A DNA stretch of 10,585 bases from a virus: UHGV virus genome UHGV-1718691; one strand, 5' to 3'. The notes below the pieces were generated by a model. It was not told the origin of the DNA. It searched no databases and saw only the letters and a list, made by a program, of their open reading frames with translations. Below, piece after piece: positions 9,714-10,585 of this stretch (within the stretch, counting starts at the first letter, position 1; each line of letters opens with the position of its first letter). The translations under genes and the position numbers were made by a program.

Positions 9714-9906
9714 CTTTCAGTGGCTGCCAGTGTTATTTCCCCACTTACTGGCTTGGGTTGTTTCGTGGTACTGCCGTAACTGGTTGCCAAGAATAAATTC
9801 CGGTTTCATTATCAAGCCCACCCGTAGATGGGCTTTGTAATGGATAGCCGTTGCTCAGTTCTCGTAATGCTTTGATTTTTCCGATAACGCAGTTTTGCGT
9901 TTGCCA

Positions 9907-10428
9907 TCAGCACGCGATATCGAGAGTCAACTGCAGTTGCTCGCGCCAGTACTCAACATTTGCTTCAATAACCGGCTTATCCCATCGCCAGCGAGCCATC
10001 TCTCTTGCCCCATTGCTGGCTTTTGATTTCCGGTCATCGCGAATGCGACATGCTTGCTCATATTTCTGCTGCTCAGTCAGTTCACCGCGAAGCAGACTAT
10101 CAATGTGCAGGTCGCACCACACAGCAAAACGAGCATCACACCAACGGGCAAATGCAACTGAAAGTTTTGGATGTAGCCACGTACCACCACCCCTGTCCTT
10201 TCGTGCCTTGCTGGTTTTTACATACCTCGATTGTGAGGGATGTAAAATTTGAGATTCTTTCCCGGTCAACGCTTCGTCTAAAGCACGAACGTATTCAAGC
10301 GTTTCTGCCAAACGCATCCAGTTATCAATGCGTTTTCCAAATCTCTCAGCAACACCTGTGACGTTGATCCAACCATCAGTGTTGAAACTGACAATTTCAC
10401 CTTTGTAATTAAGTGGCACGATATTCAT
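9907..10428 (-). CDS. KilA-N domain protein (173 aa)
   Basis: N-terminal region ...GEIVSFNTDGWINVTGVAERFGKRIDNWMRLAETLEYVRAL fits the KilA-N/APSES-type DNA-binding consensus as I recall it (D-G-[YW]-[IV]-N-x-T...GK...W). ATG 10426-10428 with an AGGT Shine-Dalgarno-like sequence upstream; stop TGA 9907-9909. Confidence 0.65.
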   Translation of the reverse strand: MNIVPLNYKGEIVSFNTDGWINVTGVAERFGKRIDNWMRLAETLEYVRALDEALTGKESQILHPSQSRYVKTSKARKDRGGGTWLHPKLSVAFARWCDARFAVWCDLHIDSLLRGELTEQQKYEQACRIRDDRKSKASNGAREMARWRWDKPVIEANVEYWREQLQLTLDIAC

Positions 10429-10543
10429 AACGTTTACCTACCATTTGAAATGAACCTTTGCCGCATAGGAAACCAGCCCACCGAGGCTCGCCAGCACTAA
10501 CTGGTATCCTCAAAGGCCCATTCCAAAGGGGCAGGTTCGGTGT

Positions 10544-10568
10544 AAAAAACATGCGTTGCGGTACGCAT
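10544..10568 (-). terminator. Candidate weak intrinsic terminator upstream of the KilA-N gene
   Basis: Minus strand AUGCGU-ACCGCA-ACGCAU followed by G-UUUUUU (stem 10551-10556 / 10563-10568, U-tract 10544-10549). The stem is only 6 bp with 3 GC pairs. The window edge (10575-10585) reads GGGGCUUUUU on the minus strand, possibly the 3' half of a second, stronger terminator. Confidence 0.4.
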
Positions 10569-10585
10569 TTATTGCAAAAAGCCCC

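Noticed and set aside
9814-9835. GC-rich hairpin AAGCCCA/TGGGCTT as a transcription terminator
   Set aside because: No U-tract follows on either strand, so it is not a canonical intrinsic terminator; kept only as part of the structured spacer.
9851-10252. Plus-strand ORF of 133 aa antisense to the KilA-N gene
   Set aside because: Ser/Cys/Arg-rich shadow frame overlapping a gene with a recognisable domain; no RBS.
1-10585. tRNA, rRNA, CRISPR array, integrase, transposase or attachment-site signatures
   Set aside because: Reading both strands I found no tRNA-like T-arm or cloverleaf, no direct-repeat/spacer periodicity, and no long ORF outside the collinear phage gene set.

Overview
The window is a contiguous stretch of the late (DNA packaging / head / tail-hub) operon of a P22-like podophage or prophage, with every credible gene on the minus strand, transcribed from high to low coordinates. 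Gene order in transcription direction is: KilA-N-domain protein (9907..10428), a small acidic protein (9307..9549), a 23-codon micro-ORF (9233..9304), small terminase (8739..9227), large terminase (7262..8761), portal (5096..7261), scaffold (4171..5082), coat (2876..4171), an intrinsic terminator (2845..2867), a 78-aa unknown ORF (2595..2831), gp4-like (2117..2617), gp10-like (699..2117), tail needle (100..699), and the first 8 codons of the next gene (1..24). Assignments rest on remembered P22 protein sequences and lengths, plus synteny; no alignment was possible here. Genes are tightly packed with stop/start overlaps (TAATG at 699, 2117 and 4171; TAA-ATG at 7262). I found no tRNA, rRNA, CRISPR array, integrase or transposase, and no obvious cargo or defence insertion: this is a conserved structural module, not an accessory island. 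The points most worth a second look are: (1) a 357-bp structured non-coding spacer between the KilA-N gene and the small acidic ORF, (2) a textbook UUCG-tetraloop terminator directly after the coat gene, (3) the 78-aa ORF with an (EP)n tail between coat and gp4, (4) a pac-like sequence with an adjacent hairpin inside the small terminase gene, and (5) a tail needle shorter than P22's, followed by an AT-rich palindromic spacer. Plus-strand ORFs in the track look like antisense shadows.
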